Source of the DNA: a virus
Taxonomy: Duplodnaviria; Caudoviricetes
Length of the DNA stretch: 24,579 nt
Strand: one strand, 5' to 3'
Virus record (IMG/VR): IMGVR_UViG_3300042470_000147
Span: 1 to 24,579 of that record
A program made the translations under genes and the position numbers. The notes below the pieces were generated by a model, which saw only the letters and a program-made list of their open reading frames with translations, was not told the DNA's origin and ran no database searches. Positions 17,060 to 24,579 of the stretch are shown piece after piece (the stretch's first letter is position 1; every line of letters begins with the position of its first letter).

Positions 17060-20000
17060 CCTGCCGCCTTCCTATAGGGCTTCACTTGTTCCGTGGTCCC
17101 CATGGTCTTGCTGCGGATGTCATCGACAAGATTGTCGAAGAACTTCGCCCCATCGCCAGAATATCCGCCGCCTGCAAGGGCCACTGCATCTGCCGGGATG
17201 ATGTATTCACCGGGTGACACGGCCACCGGACGTTGCGAACCAATCATCCCATCGACCATGTCATCCTGACCGCCGCCGTTGCCCTCAACCATTCCTTCGG
17301 TTTGTGCATTCGGAACGATTTCGCGAAGGACTTGATTGCGAAGTTGCATGAAGTTTTCAGATCCGTAGGTATCTACGAATGCCTGAATCACTTGATCTGC
17401 GTTTTCAATCTCTCCGCGAATGGCAGCAATCGTCATGGAAATCAGTTGCTGAGAATCACCTTGATTCATTGGAGGCTGATCCACGGCATCTGAAGTAGCA
17501 CCGCCTTCAGCAAAGTATCCGGGGAATTCAGATTGAACGCTGCCCGTTGGCTGACTGGCAAGCAACGCCTCAAGACCTGAGATTCTTTGCAGGACAGGGT
17601 CAAGGTTGGTTGGAGCAATTGATCCGATCTGAGATTGCAGCGTTCCCAGTTGACTATAGATTCCGCTCAAGTCCGGAGCCGAAGGAATACTGGACCTCAA
17701 AGATCCAAACTGAGATTCCAATTGACCGAAGCGATTGTAGATCCCGCTCAAATCCGGAGCCGCAGGGATACTCGATGACAACGAGCCAAGTTGAGATTGC
17801 AATGTTCCCAACTGCCCATAGATCCCGCTTAGATCAGGCGCTGAAGGAATGCTAGATCTCACCGATCCAAGTTGAGATTCCAATTGGCCGAAGCGATTGT
17901 AAATACCACTCAAATCTGGTGCAGCAGGGATACTCGATGACAACGAGCCAAGTTGAGATTGCAATGTTCCCAACTGCCCATAAATTCCACTCAAGTCAGG
18001 CGCGGCGGGGATACTGGATCTGATTGAACCCAGTCCTTGTTCAAGTCCGCCAAGTCTAGATTCAAGTCCTGCGAGCCGATTGTAATCAAACTCAAACGGC
18101 GTATAGGCCGGAATCTGAATACTGCCAACTCTAGACTCAAGACCGCCCAGCCTTGATTCAAGGCCGCTCAAATCAATCTGAGGAATTCTGCTGTAATCAA
18201 ACTCAGGTGTCGGTCTGGATTCAATCGCAGCAAGCCTTTGCTCTAGGGGAGAGAAATCAAAACTGGGGACAGGAATCCTGCTGTAGTCAAATTCAGGAAC
18301 CGGTCTAGATTCAATTGCAGCGAGTCTCTCCTCAATGGGAGAGAAATCAAAACTGGGAACAGGGATACGACTGTAATCAAACTGAGGCACAGGCCTTGAC
18401 TCAATCGCGGCAAGCCTTGACTCAAGACCACTAAAGTCAATGGTAGGCATTTGAATGTTTCCAATTCCGGTCTCAAGACCTCTCAGCCGAGACTCAAGAC
18501 CAGACAGATCTACTGTCGGAGCATTCAATACCGGGGCAGGAATATTTTGAATGCGGGACTCAAGACCACCCAGCCTTTCATAAAGGCCGCTCAGATCTAC
18601 CGCAGGCGCATTCACTACAGGCGCAGGGGCATTGGCAAGCCTTGATTCCAGTCCTGCAAACCGAGCCTCAAGCCCACTTAAATCAAACGTAGGTATTTGA
18701 CTGTAATCAAACGTGGGTATCTTGCTGTAATCAAATTCAGGCTGTGGCCTATTTTCAATTTCTGCAAGTCGCTCGTTGATGTTACTTAAAAAAAAATTGT
18801 TTGGGTCGTAGAGACCTTCTAGATTCTGATTGATGCCCTGAAGGGTATCGCCCAACCCACCAAGATTCACCGGAACAGAAACATTGATCGGCGCTTGAGA
18901 GGTCGGCCTTGTGGCAAGACCCGCATTAAGTGCGGCGTATTGCGCTCCCAGATTACCAATGCTTTGCTGCAATGGCATGAACTGCTGGGAAAGGTAGTTC
19001 TCTGTTTGCAGTCGAGACAGTTCTGTGCGGAACGGATCAAGTTCACGCTGCAACAAAGACTGCGTTTCCATTTCGCGAATGCGCTCTTGAAGAGGATCAA
19101 ACCGCTCAGAAAGAGTCTCCTCAAGCAAATCAGAATATGCGCTTGGATCAAACGAAGGAATCTGCTGACTTTGGATATTTGCAAAGTTCGATAGGTATTG
19201 ACCCAAGTTTGATAGGTCGATTCCACCATATCTTCCATCTGGAGATACGCCAGCAGGCGGAGCAGGAGAGGCTCCGGGCGGAGGCGTTCTGGAGAAGTAT
19301 TCAAATTCCGGGGAAACACCCGGCAAGTAGCCTTGTCCGCCGACATCTAACGCAGAGTAACTGGCCGTTGGCGGGGTCTGTACATACTGCCCCCTCAGTC
19401 CTAACTGGACATTCTCAGCAGTGGGAAGACTAGAGCCATACAGTTGACTGATGGCCGCTTGACGAGCGCGTTCCTCAATGTCTCCGCCATCGAAGTACTT
19501 CTCGACCATGCCACCTTCGGCATACCCAACGCCGGGATAAGCCGATCGAACTTGGTTAAACACATTGCCCATTTGACCGAGGGTCTTGCGTCTTTCAGCG
19601 GCCTGCTGCTCTTCGTATTCCCTCATGCTGCCTCGACCCATGAGTTCTTGCTCACGGGCCATGCGGCTGGTCTCTCCAACATAGGCAGGGAGAAAGGTTC
19701 CGGGGGAAGAGAGTTGTTTCAAAAAAGCGCCGGGTTCTTGGAATGGCGCAGACAATCTCTGGGTGGCAGTCAGACCTGCTGGCGGGGTCACCGCAGGGCT
19801 TGCCGTGACACCCGCAAAATCAGGAGCAGCCGTCATCTGAGAAGCCGCCATGCCCGGCGCAAACGAAGACGGAGTGCTTTGCAGGGCAGATTGGAGTGTG
19901 GCATCTGCCGCTAATGGATTCATCGTAGAAGCCGCAGCACCGGGGCTGAACGTCGTTGCCGCATCGGTGGCCGCTTGGGTGGCGGTATCAACGCCCGCCT

Positions 20001-20397
20001 TCGACAGCGCATCGCCTGCTGCGCCAAATGCCTGACCCAGTCCAAACCCGGTGATGCCTGAGAGGATGCCCTGCTCCAGATCGCCCGTGACGGCAGCGGT
20101 CGCGAGACCAGATCCAATCGCACCTGCGGCAGCGGAACTCAGTCCGGCTGCGCCAAGGATGCCAGCGCCTGCGCCAGTCAACAGGGACGATCCAAGGAAA
20201 GACCCCAACAAGGGGGCAAGGAAGGGCAGGAAGGCCTCTGGCTGTCCGGTCTGGGGGTTCCGGGTCAACTGTCCGGTCGGGGACAGACGGGACAGCATCT
20301 GAACCTCAATCGGGTTCATGTGTACAAGTTGCGAGTCACCGTATCTGCCGTATCCGGCAAGTTGGTTCGCGACTCCTTGGTATGGGGCTTTATACAT
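17056..20397 (-). CDS. putative internal virion protein with internal repeats, 1113 aa
   Basis: TAGGAG RBS; N-terminal GRYGDSQLVHMNPIE...NPQTGQPE motif, Gly/Ala hydrophobic stretch, AxGG motifs, C-terminal GGGQDD...VSPGEYIIPADAV domain. Confidence 0.75.
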   Translation of the reverse strand: MYKAPYQGVANQLAGYGRYGDSQLVHMNPIEVQMLSRLSPTGQLTRNPQTGQPEAFLPFLAPLLGSFLGSSLLTGAGAGILGAAGLSSAAAGAIGSGLATAAVTGDLEQGILSGITGFGLGQAFGAAGDALSKAGVDTATQAATDAATTFSPGAAASTMNPLAADATLQSALQSTPSSFAPGMAASQMTAAPDFAGVTASPAVTPPAGLTATQRLSAPFQEPGAFLKQLSSPGTFLPAYVGETSRMAREQELMGRGSMREYEEQQAAERRKTLGQMGNVFNQVRSAYPGVGYAEGGMVEKYFDGGDIEERARQAAISQLYGSSLPTAENVQLGLRGQYVQTPPTASYSALDVGGQGYLPGVSPEFEYFSRTPPPGASPAPPAGVSPDGRYGGIDLSNLGQYLSNFANIQSQQIPSFDPSAYSDLLEETLSERFDPLQERIREMETQSLLQRELDPFRTELSRLQTENYLSQQFMPLQQSIGNLGAQYAALNAGLATRPTSQAPINVSVPVNLGGLGDTLQGINQNLEGLYDPNNFFLSNINERLAEIENRPQPEFDYSKIPTFDYSQIPTFDLSGLEARFAGLESRLANAPAPVVNAPAVDLSGLYERLGGLESRIQNIPAPVLNAPTVDLSGLESRLRGLETGIGNIQMPTIDFSGLESRLAAIESRPVPQFDYSRIPVPSFDFSPIEERLAAIESRPVPEFDYSRIPVPSFDFSPLEQRLAAIESRPTPEFDYSRIPQIDLSGLESRLGGLESRVGSIQIPAYTPFEFDYNRLAGLESRLGGLEQGLGSIRSSIPAAPDLSGIYGQLGTLQSQLGSLSSSIPAAPDLSGIYNRFGQLESQLGSVRSSIPSAPDLSGIYGQLGTLQSQLGSLSSSIPAAPDLSGIYNRFGQLESQFGSLRSSIPSAPDLSGIYSQLGTLQSQIGSIAPTNLDPVLQRISGLEALLASQPTGSVQSEFPGYFAEGGATSDAVDQPPMNQGDSQQLISMTIAAIRGEIENADQVIQAFVDTYGSENFMQLRNQVLREIVPNAQTEGMVEGNGGGQDDMVDGMIGSQRPVAVSPGEYIIPADAVALAGGGYSGDGAKFFDNLVDDIRSKTMGTTEQVKPYRKAAG
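17620..18020 (-). repeat. coding array: 5 x 27 aa SSIP[AS]APDLSGIY... units alternating A/B (162-bp super-period)
   Basis: A = GQLGTLQSQLGS, B = NRFGQLESQ[LF]GS; perfect 59-bp direct repeat at 17762-17820 and 17924-17982. Confidence 0.9.
18100..18780 (-). repeat. coding degenerate repeats D[LF]SGLExRL / RLAAIESRPxPxFDYSRIP (about 3 x 30 aa core)
   Basis: Seen directly in the translation; boundaries approximate. Confidence 0.8.
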
Positions 20398-20435
20398 GGC
20401 AACTCCTATGGTTGCGGGGAGCCACGGCTCTGTAG

Positions 20436-20464
20436 ATTCTGGTGTAACAGCGTTTAAATTTCAA
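20436..20464 (-). promoter_or_regulatory. candidate sigma70-type promoter for the ejection-protein cluster
   Basis: TTGAAA (20464-20459), 17-nt spacer, CAGAAT (20441-20436) in the only sizeable intergenic gap (87 nt) of the late operon. Confidence 0.4.
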
Positions 20465-20484
20465 CGAGATCGACAGGTTAAGGA

Positions 20485-21090
20485 TCATCGTATCGACCCC
20501 GCCTCGTAATTGGAGACCAAATAGATGGTCATGATGATCGACGGGATTCCGGGGATGTTCCCGGAAGGGGTGTCTGCTAAGAGAACAACGCCCGTATCAG
20601 AAGACTGCCAGACCAACTCGAAATAGTCCCCGCCGTTTAGAACGAGAAGGAAGTTCCATGCCGGAACCACCTCTGCGTTAGGCCCATCGATGACAATTTT
20701 GGTTGCTGAGTCAGGGACATTAACCCCGTTTACACGAGGCCAAATGTAGACGGCGCTGGCACTACCCCCCGTTTTGTCCAACTGGGCAGAGAACTGAATG
20801 TTGTAGATGCCCGTATCCGAAATGTAAATCTTGGATGTCGGTATTCCGCGTTCAATCTGAAACTCGCTGACTACGCCGTTGTAGGTGATCAGGTTGACCG
20901 TATCTGCGACAGGATTGGTCTGGGTCGTGGTGTCGTAGTACGAGGCATGAGGGATAGGGGAATTCAATTCATTCGTGATGTTGTTGAAGAACAGCCTCAG
21001 CACGTTGGCAAACTGATCCTGATATCGCCTCTCATAAGCCTGTGGGGCAACGGGAAGGTTCGGAGGAGCGACACCATAAACGACACCCAT
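20485..21090 (-). CDS. virion structural protein with C1q/TNF-like beta domain (short spike/fibre)
   Basis: N-terminal PPNLPVAP..Y...Y.DQF..VLRLFF helix, then GIYNIQFSAQL...VYIW..VNG...GDYFELVW; TAATG coupling to the upstream gene. Confidence 0.6.
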   Translation of the reverse strand: MGVVYGVAPPNLPVAPQAYERRYQDQFANVLRLFFNNITNELNSPIPHASYYDTTTQTNPVADTVNLITYNGVVSEFQIERGIPTSKIYISDTGIYNIQFSAQLDKTGGSASAVYIWPRVNGVNVPDSATKIVIDGPNAEVVPAWNFLLVLNGGDYFELVWQSSDTGVVLLADTPSGNIPGIPSIIMTIYLVSNYEAGSIR

Positions 21091-23378
21091 TAGCGTCTCC
21101 CGTCCGGTCTAATATCCAGACGCATCGCACCCATCTGCCATGCCACACCAAGGCCAGATGAGGTCACACGAAGGGCTAACTGCCTGCCTCTGATGCGGGT
21201 ATAGACCTGCTCGGTATATCTCTCGACAGGAAGAACTGCCAAAGCATTCACGGGATCTACGTCAGGGGTTCCGTAAGCCGCGCCGGGGTAGTTATGCGGG
21301 TACAGGCTCAGGGTGACCGAAGGAGTTCCATTACTGGAACCCAAGAACTTCACGTCAGGAATGATTCGAGATACGAAACTGAAATTGTTTCCATCTCCAA
21401 TATCAAAGTCAGAAGTTTCGATGAAAGCCGTAATGGGTTCCGCGATACCCGTTTCCAGATTGTCCCAGCCGATCTCGTGGAACATCACCTGATTCGGTGC
21501 CTTCATGGCGACAATGGAATAAATTGAATGCGAAGCGGCAATGGTGTTGTTGACGCCGCGCACACATCCCGTCAATGAGTTTCCACTGATCCCGGTGTAA
21601 ATGATCTCTTCGTTCTCAATGACGATGGCTCCTTCTGACGGATATGAACCTGCATTGAGGAGGGTGATCGTGGTATCCGTTGCAGAGATATTCGAAGACA
21701 AATAGGAAGTCTGAACGCTCTTTGCCAGCATCGGAAATGATCTCAGGGTCTGCTGGACAAATGCGGTTCTGTTTAAACTTCCATAGTGCCATGTGCCGTC
21801 TTGGTAGTTGAACGTCACATACAGGCTATTTACTTGGCTTCCTGTGCCGGGATAAAACCACCAAATCTCACTGTATGGTTCATTGATACCGCACATTACT
21901 TGAGAGATCTGAGATCTGTTCAATGTGCTGAAAACGTGCTGCCTCAATGAGCAAGGCAGTGTTTGAACGCGACCGTCATACACGAAGAACTTGTCTTCGC
22001 CCATCCAGTACACGGAGTTGTTCACTGCAATAACTGAATTCTGCGAAGCAACCGAAATGTCTTGGTCGAGGAGATTGAAGTTCCACACGAACGGAGGGCC
22101 GACATACTGCATCGCATAGACAGCAGTGTCAGTGAGAATCAAAATCTCTTGGCGCGTCGAAGTACTGGTAACAATAAATGAGCCGTTCGACAGTCTCTGC
22201 TCGCCAGACTGATTGGTGAGTTCGGGAACCCATTCATACGGGTTTCCTTGGTCAGACCATCGGACCAGAAGCGGATCGAATTCAGTATTGAAGTTGGTCG
22301 GGTCATAAGGCTTTGCGCCCAAGCAAATCAAGAAGTCTCTGATGGGAGACAAATTGATGGTCATTGTCTTGTTTGGCGCATGTTCGCCAGAATAGGACGC
22401 AGTGACAGCCACCGTTCCAGAGCCGGTGGTCGCCGCAGAAAGCGTCAAAGACGTTGATCCTGTCCATGCCGTCGTAACATAAGCGCCGGTCGGAATCCCG
22501 CTTCCGGCAATGACAGATCCCGTGTTGATCCCCGTTGCATCCGATACCACAATCGTCGTTGATCCAGAGGCGAACGTGGCTGTCGTAGAAACTTTCGGGA
22601 CCGTATCGATTTTCGTTTTAAACGTAACAGCCCGAGACCATGTGGCAACATCATCTGTCCAGTAGTAAATGTTTCCTTCTCTTTCAGCGAAGAGGCAGTC
22701 ATCGCCGTAATTGAGAATGGACCACAAGCGCATCGACACGCCGACAGGGATACTGGAACCCCATGCTCCAAATCCCCATGGACCACCGCCCCAACCAATG
22801 GCTGTCGTTGATACGGCAGGACCCGCATTGATCTGATACTGAACAACGACTGCCGCACCACCGCCCGTCGCCGTTGACGATGCGGCTGTGGAGGCAATGA
22901 CAGAGAACGTGTTGGCAGATGCAACGCCGACAATCTCGTATTCGCCTGAGAGCGTGATGCCCCCTACTGCGGTAGCACCGCTGATCGTTATATAAGTGCC
23001 AACAGTCGCACCATGTGAAGTCGCTGTAATGACAACCAGTTTGCTTCCACTGGTTGTGTCAATGGGATCTGAGCCAAGGGTCGCGGTAGTTCTAATCGGG
23101 GTAATATCATGGAAGATACCGCCAAACTCCATGTAGAGTTTTTGCGTGGTGCCGATTGCTAGAAGATTCTGGGACTGGAGGGTGACGTAGTTCCAGACAT
23201 ACCTTGCAACGCCATTGTAGGTTCCGCCAGACGAAGTGATGTTCTGCCAGCCACCTATCTTCTGGGCAAATCCACCACGGAACCGAACCTTTTCAGAAAC
23301 GAAAAAGCCGCCCTCGTTGGCATAGTTCGTGGTTTCTCTATTGACGCCGGGTCGGAATTCAAGTTTTTGGAGCGGCAT
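21090..23378 (-). CDS. tail nozzle / head-stabilisation-like protein (P22 gp10 / T7 gp12 analogue), 762 aa
   Basis: Beta-propeller-like segments (LLVRWSDQ, NSVYWMG.DKFFVYDG, YSEIWWFYP) and C-terminal RIRGRQLALRV...WQMGAMRLDIRPDGRR; Thr/Gly-rich inserted beta domains. Confidence 0.7.
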   Translation of the reverse strand: MPLQKLEFRPGVNRETTNYANEGGFFVSEKVRFRGGFAQKIGGWQNITSSGGTYNGVARYVWNYVTLQSQNLLAIGTTQKLYMEFGGIFHDITPIRTTATLGSDPIDTTSGSKLVVITATSHGATVGTYITISGATAVGGITLSGEYEIVGVASANTFSVIASTAASSTATGGGAAVVVQYQINAGPAVSTTAIGWGGGPWGFGAWGSSIPVGVSMRLWSILNYGDDCLFAEREGNIYYWTDDVATWSRAVTFKTKIDTVPKVSTTATFASGSTTIVVSDATGINTGSVIAGSGIPTGAYVTTAWTGSTSLTLSAATTGSGTVAVTASYSGEHAPNKTMTINLSPIRDFLICLGAKPYDPTNFNTEFDPLLVRWSDQGNPYEWVPELTNQSGEQRLSNGSFIVTSTSTRQEILILTDTAVYAMQYVGPPFVWNFNLLDQDISVASQNSVIAVNNSVYWMGEDKFFVYDGRVQTLPCSLRQHVFSTLNRSQISQVMCGINEPYSEIWWFYPGTGSQVNSLYVTFNYQDGTWHYGSLNRTAFVQQTLRSFPMLAKSVQTSYLSSNISATDTTITLLNAGSYPSEGAIVIENEEIIYTGISGNSLTGCVRGVNNTIAASHSIYSIVAMKAPNQVMFHEIGWDNLETGIAEPITAFIETSDFDIGDGNNFSFVSRIIPDVKFLGSSNGTPSVTLSLYPHNYPGAAYGTPDVDPVNALAVLPVERYTEQVYTRIRGRQLALRVTSSGLGVAWQMGAMRLDIRPDGRR

Positions 23379-23742
23379 CCGTCACTCTCCGCCATTCAGG
23401 CTTGCCCATGCCTCTGCTGAAGTGCGGAGTATCGACCAACTTAACTCCGTTGCCGCCCCATGAGTTAAAGGGATGGAGCGATTCCCAATACGCGCCCAAG
23501 GGGGCGAGAACGGTCTTGTCGTAGGTCAACTTGCCGTTCAGGAAGAAGTTTAAATCAACCGCCCGGCGCTGCAAGTGCAGGCTGTTCATGGTCCGGCTAC
23601 GCCCAGTCTTGACGTAGATCTCCTGCTGTTCAGGAGTGCGGTAGAGTTCCCCGGCTGTGACTACAAACCCTAGTTCAGTAGCCCGGTTGATCAGACGGGT
23701 GACATCTAGCAAGAAGGCGGCTTGTTCTGCGACGTTACTCAC
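23359..23742 (-). CDS. endolysin, peptidase M15 family (Zn peptidase)
   Basis: GELYRTPEQQ, SLH...AVD, WGG...DTPHF motif set; GTG start with AAGGAGG upstream. Confidence 0.88.
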   Translation of the reverse strand: MSNVAEQAAFLLDVTRLINRATELGFVVTAGELYRTPEQQEIYVKTGRSRTMNSLHLQRRAVDLNFFLNGKLTYDKTVLAPLGAYWESLHPFNSWGGNGVKLVDTPHFSRGMGKPEWRRVTDAAPKT

Positions 23743-24283
23743 GGAGCGCCTCCTTCAGTTGATCGGACTTGTCCTTGCTACCCTGTGAAGAGCCAAAGTA
23801 GTAACTAACGATCTGCGTGGATATGGCAGACAGGACGCCCAAGATGTAGATCAGGATGTCCTTCCTACTGGACTCCACCGGGGTGTTGTCAAACATGACG
23901 ATGCCGAAGAGGATAAAGGTCAGGAGCAGAAGGGAGAGCGCCAAGACCGGGGTCACGATCTTGTTCAACAGGGGCGCTTTGTCAGAGGTCGCAATCTGCA
24001 CCTCCCGATCCCGTGCCGAATCGGTGTCCTTCAGGCGCATGTCGAGTTCTTGCAGGTCGAGTTTGTTTTCCTCCAACTTCAACCGCAGCAGTTCTTCCTC
24101 ATGCTCCATCTCAGCAATCTTGATCCGAGCGATATCCTCCGAAGACATGTCGGGCTTGAGTTCTACGCCAAGTTTTTTCTCAACGTAGTCCTTGCCTTTT
24201 GCCATCACCGCATTGGCAACGAGGTTTAAACCGTTTCCAAGAAGCGGAGTCAGGATTGCGCCAAGTGCAGCAGGAATGGGCAT
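23735..24283 (-). CDS. holin-like membrane protein (3TM/GTA-holin-like)
   Basis: D.DSAR.RE motif, two strong TM segments, YYFGSS terminus; directly upstream of and overlapping the endolysin. Confidence 0.75.
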   Translation of the reverse strand: MPIPAALGAILTPLLGNGLNLVANAVMAKGKDYVEKKLGVELKPDMSSEDIARIKIAEMEHEEELLRLKLEENKLDLQELDMRLKDTDSARDREVQIATSDKAPLLNKIVTPVLALSLLLLTFILFGIVMFDNTPVESSRKDILIYILGVLSAISTQIVSYYFGSSQGSKDKSDQLKEALRE

Positions 24284-24286
24284 AGA

Positions 24287-24571
24287 TTACGCCCATCCCC
24301 TTACCGGATTCTGCGGGAACACCTGATACGCCTCCAGTTCTGGGGCTGCGTCCACCACCCGCACGTTAGCGTGATACCCCGGTACCGGAGCCATCTCGGG
24401 GAACTCGCCCTCATCGCTCTGGAGCATCTTGCCGGTCGGCTTATACACCGTGCCGATGAGATCAATGGCGAGGTACTTGGGGACTTCGTTCCCCTCTTCC
24501 CCTTCCACGCGATACAGCACCGCCTTTGCTGCGGCTTCGGAGTCAAACTTGAGGTGGTAGTCAATATACAT
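24287..24571 (-). CDS. small tail-fibre-associated protein (putative chaperone), 94 aa
   Basis: DYHLKF..EAAA...IDLIGTVYKPTG...GYHANVR...P.NPVRGWA pattern, which I recall downstream of podovirus tail fibre genes; the function is inferred. Confidence 0.55.
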   Translation of the reverse strand: MYIDYHLKFDSEAAAKAVLYRVEGEEGNEVPKYLAIDLIGTVYKPTGKMLQSDEGEFPEMAPVPGYHANVRVVDAAPELEAYQVFPQNPVRGWA

Positions 24572-24579
24572 GGCGTATG

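Noticed and set aside
14052-18800. Tandem repeats as a CRISPR array or DGR template/variable repeats
   Set aside because: Units are multiples of 3, in frame, vary mainly at synonymous sites, and have no unique spacers; no cas or reverse transcriptase gene is present and I noticed no adenine-specific mismatch pattern.
3478-24188. Numerous + strand ORFs antisense to the late genes (e.g. 7292-8002, 12051-12608, 15852-16460)
   Set aside because: Shadow ORFs typical of GC-rich coding DNA; they lie within well-supported genes and show no motifs.
1-24579. Stop-codon reassignment, tRNA genes, integrase or IS elements
   Set aside because: TAA, TAG and TGA all end well-supported genes, coding density is near complete in the standard code, and no such elements were recognisable.

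Overview
A fragment of a tailed dsDNA phage genome with short-tailed (podovirus-like) architecture, probably infecting a Gram-negative host. Positions 1-3125 (+) are the end of a tightly coupled operon of small early/middle genes, including a GT-A glycosyltransferase, a possible PD-(D/E)xK-like protein and NinB, closed by terminator hairpins at about 3137-3211. Positions 3135-24571 (-) are a convergent late operon: tail-fibre-associated small protein, holin-like protein, M15 endolysin, tail nozzle/stabilisation protein, C1q-like protein, then an ejected-protein cluster (1113 aa repeat protein, GNAT-like protein, 975 aa pilot-like protein, 556 aa protein, 2847 aa polyvalent protein) and a Ref/DUF968-like HNH nuclease. 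The most striking observation is in the 975 aa protein: 25 nine-residue repeats and 25 eighteen-residue helical repeats flank an 80 aa core, and their variant types match unit-for-unit in mirror order, suggesting an antiparallel self-zipping rod of about 68 nm. I also found no AGCT site anywhere in the window, while GTTTAAAC-like palindromes are enriched. All family calls come from motif recognition by eye, not database searches.
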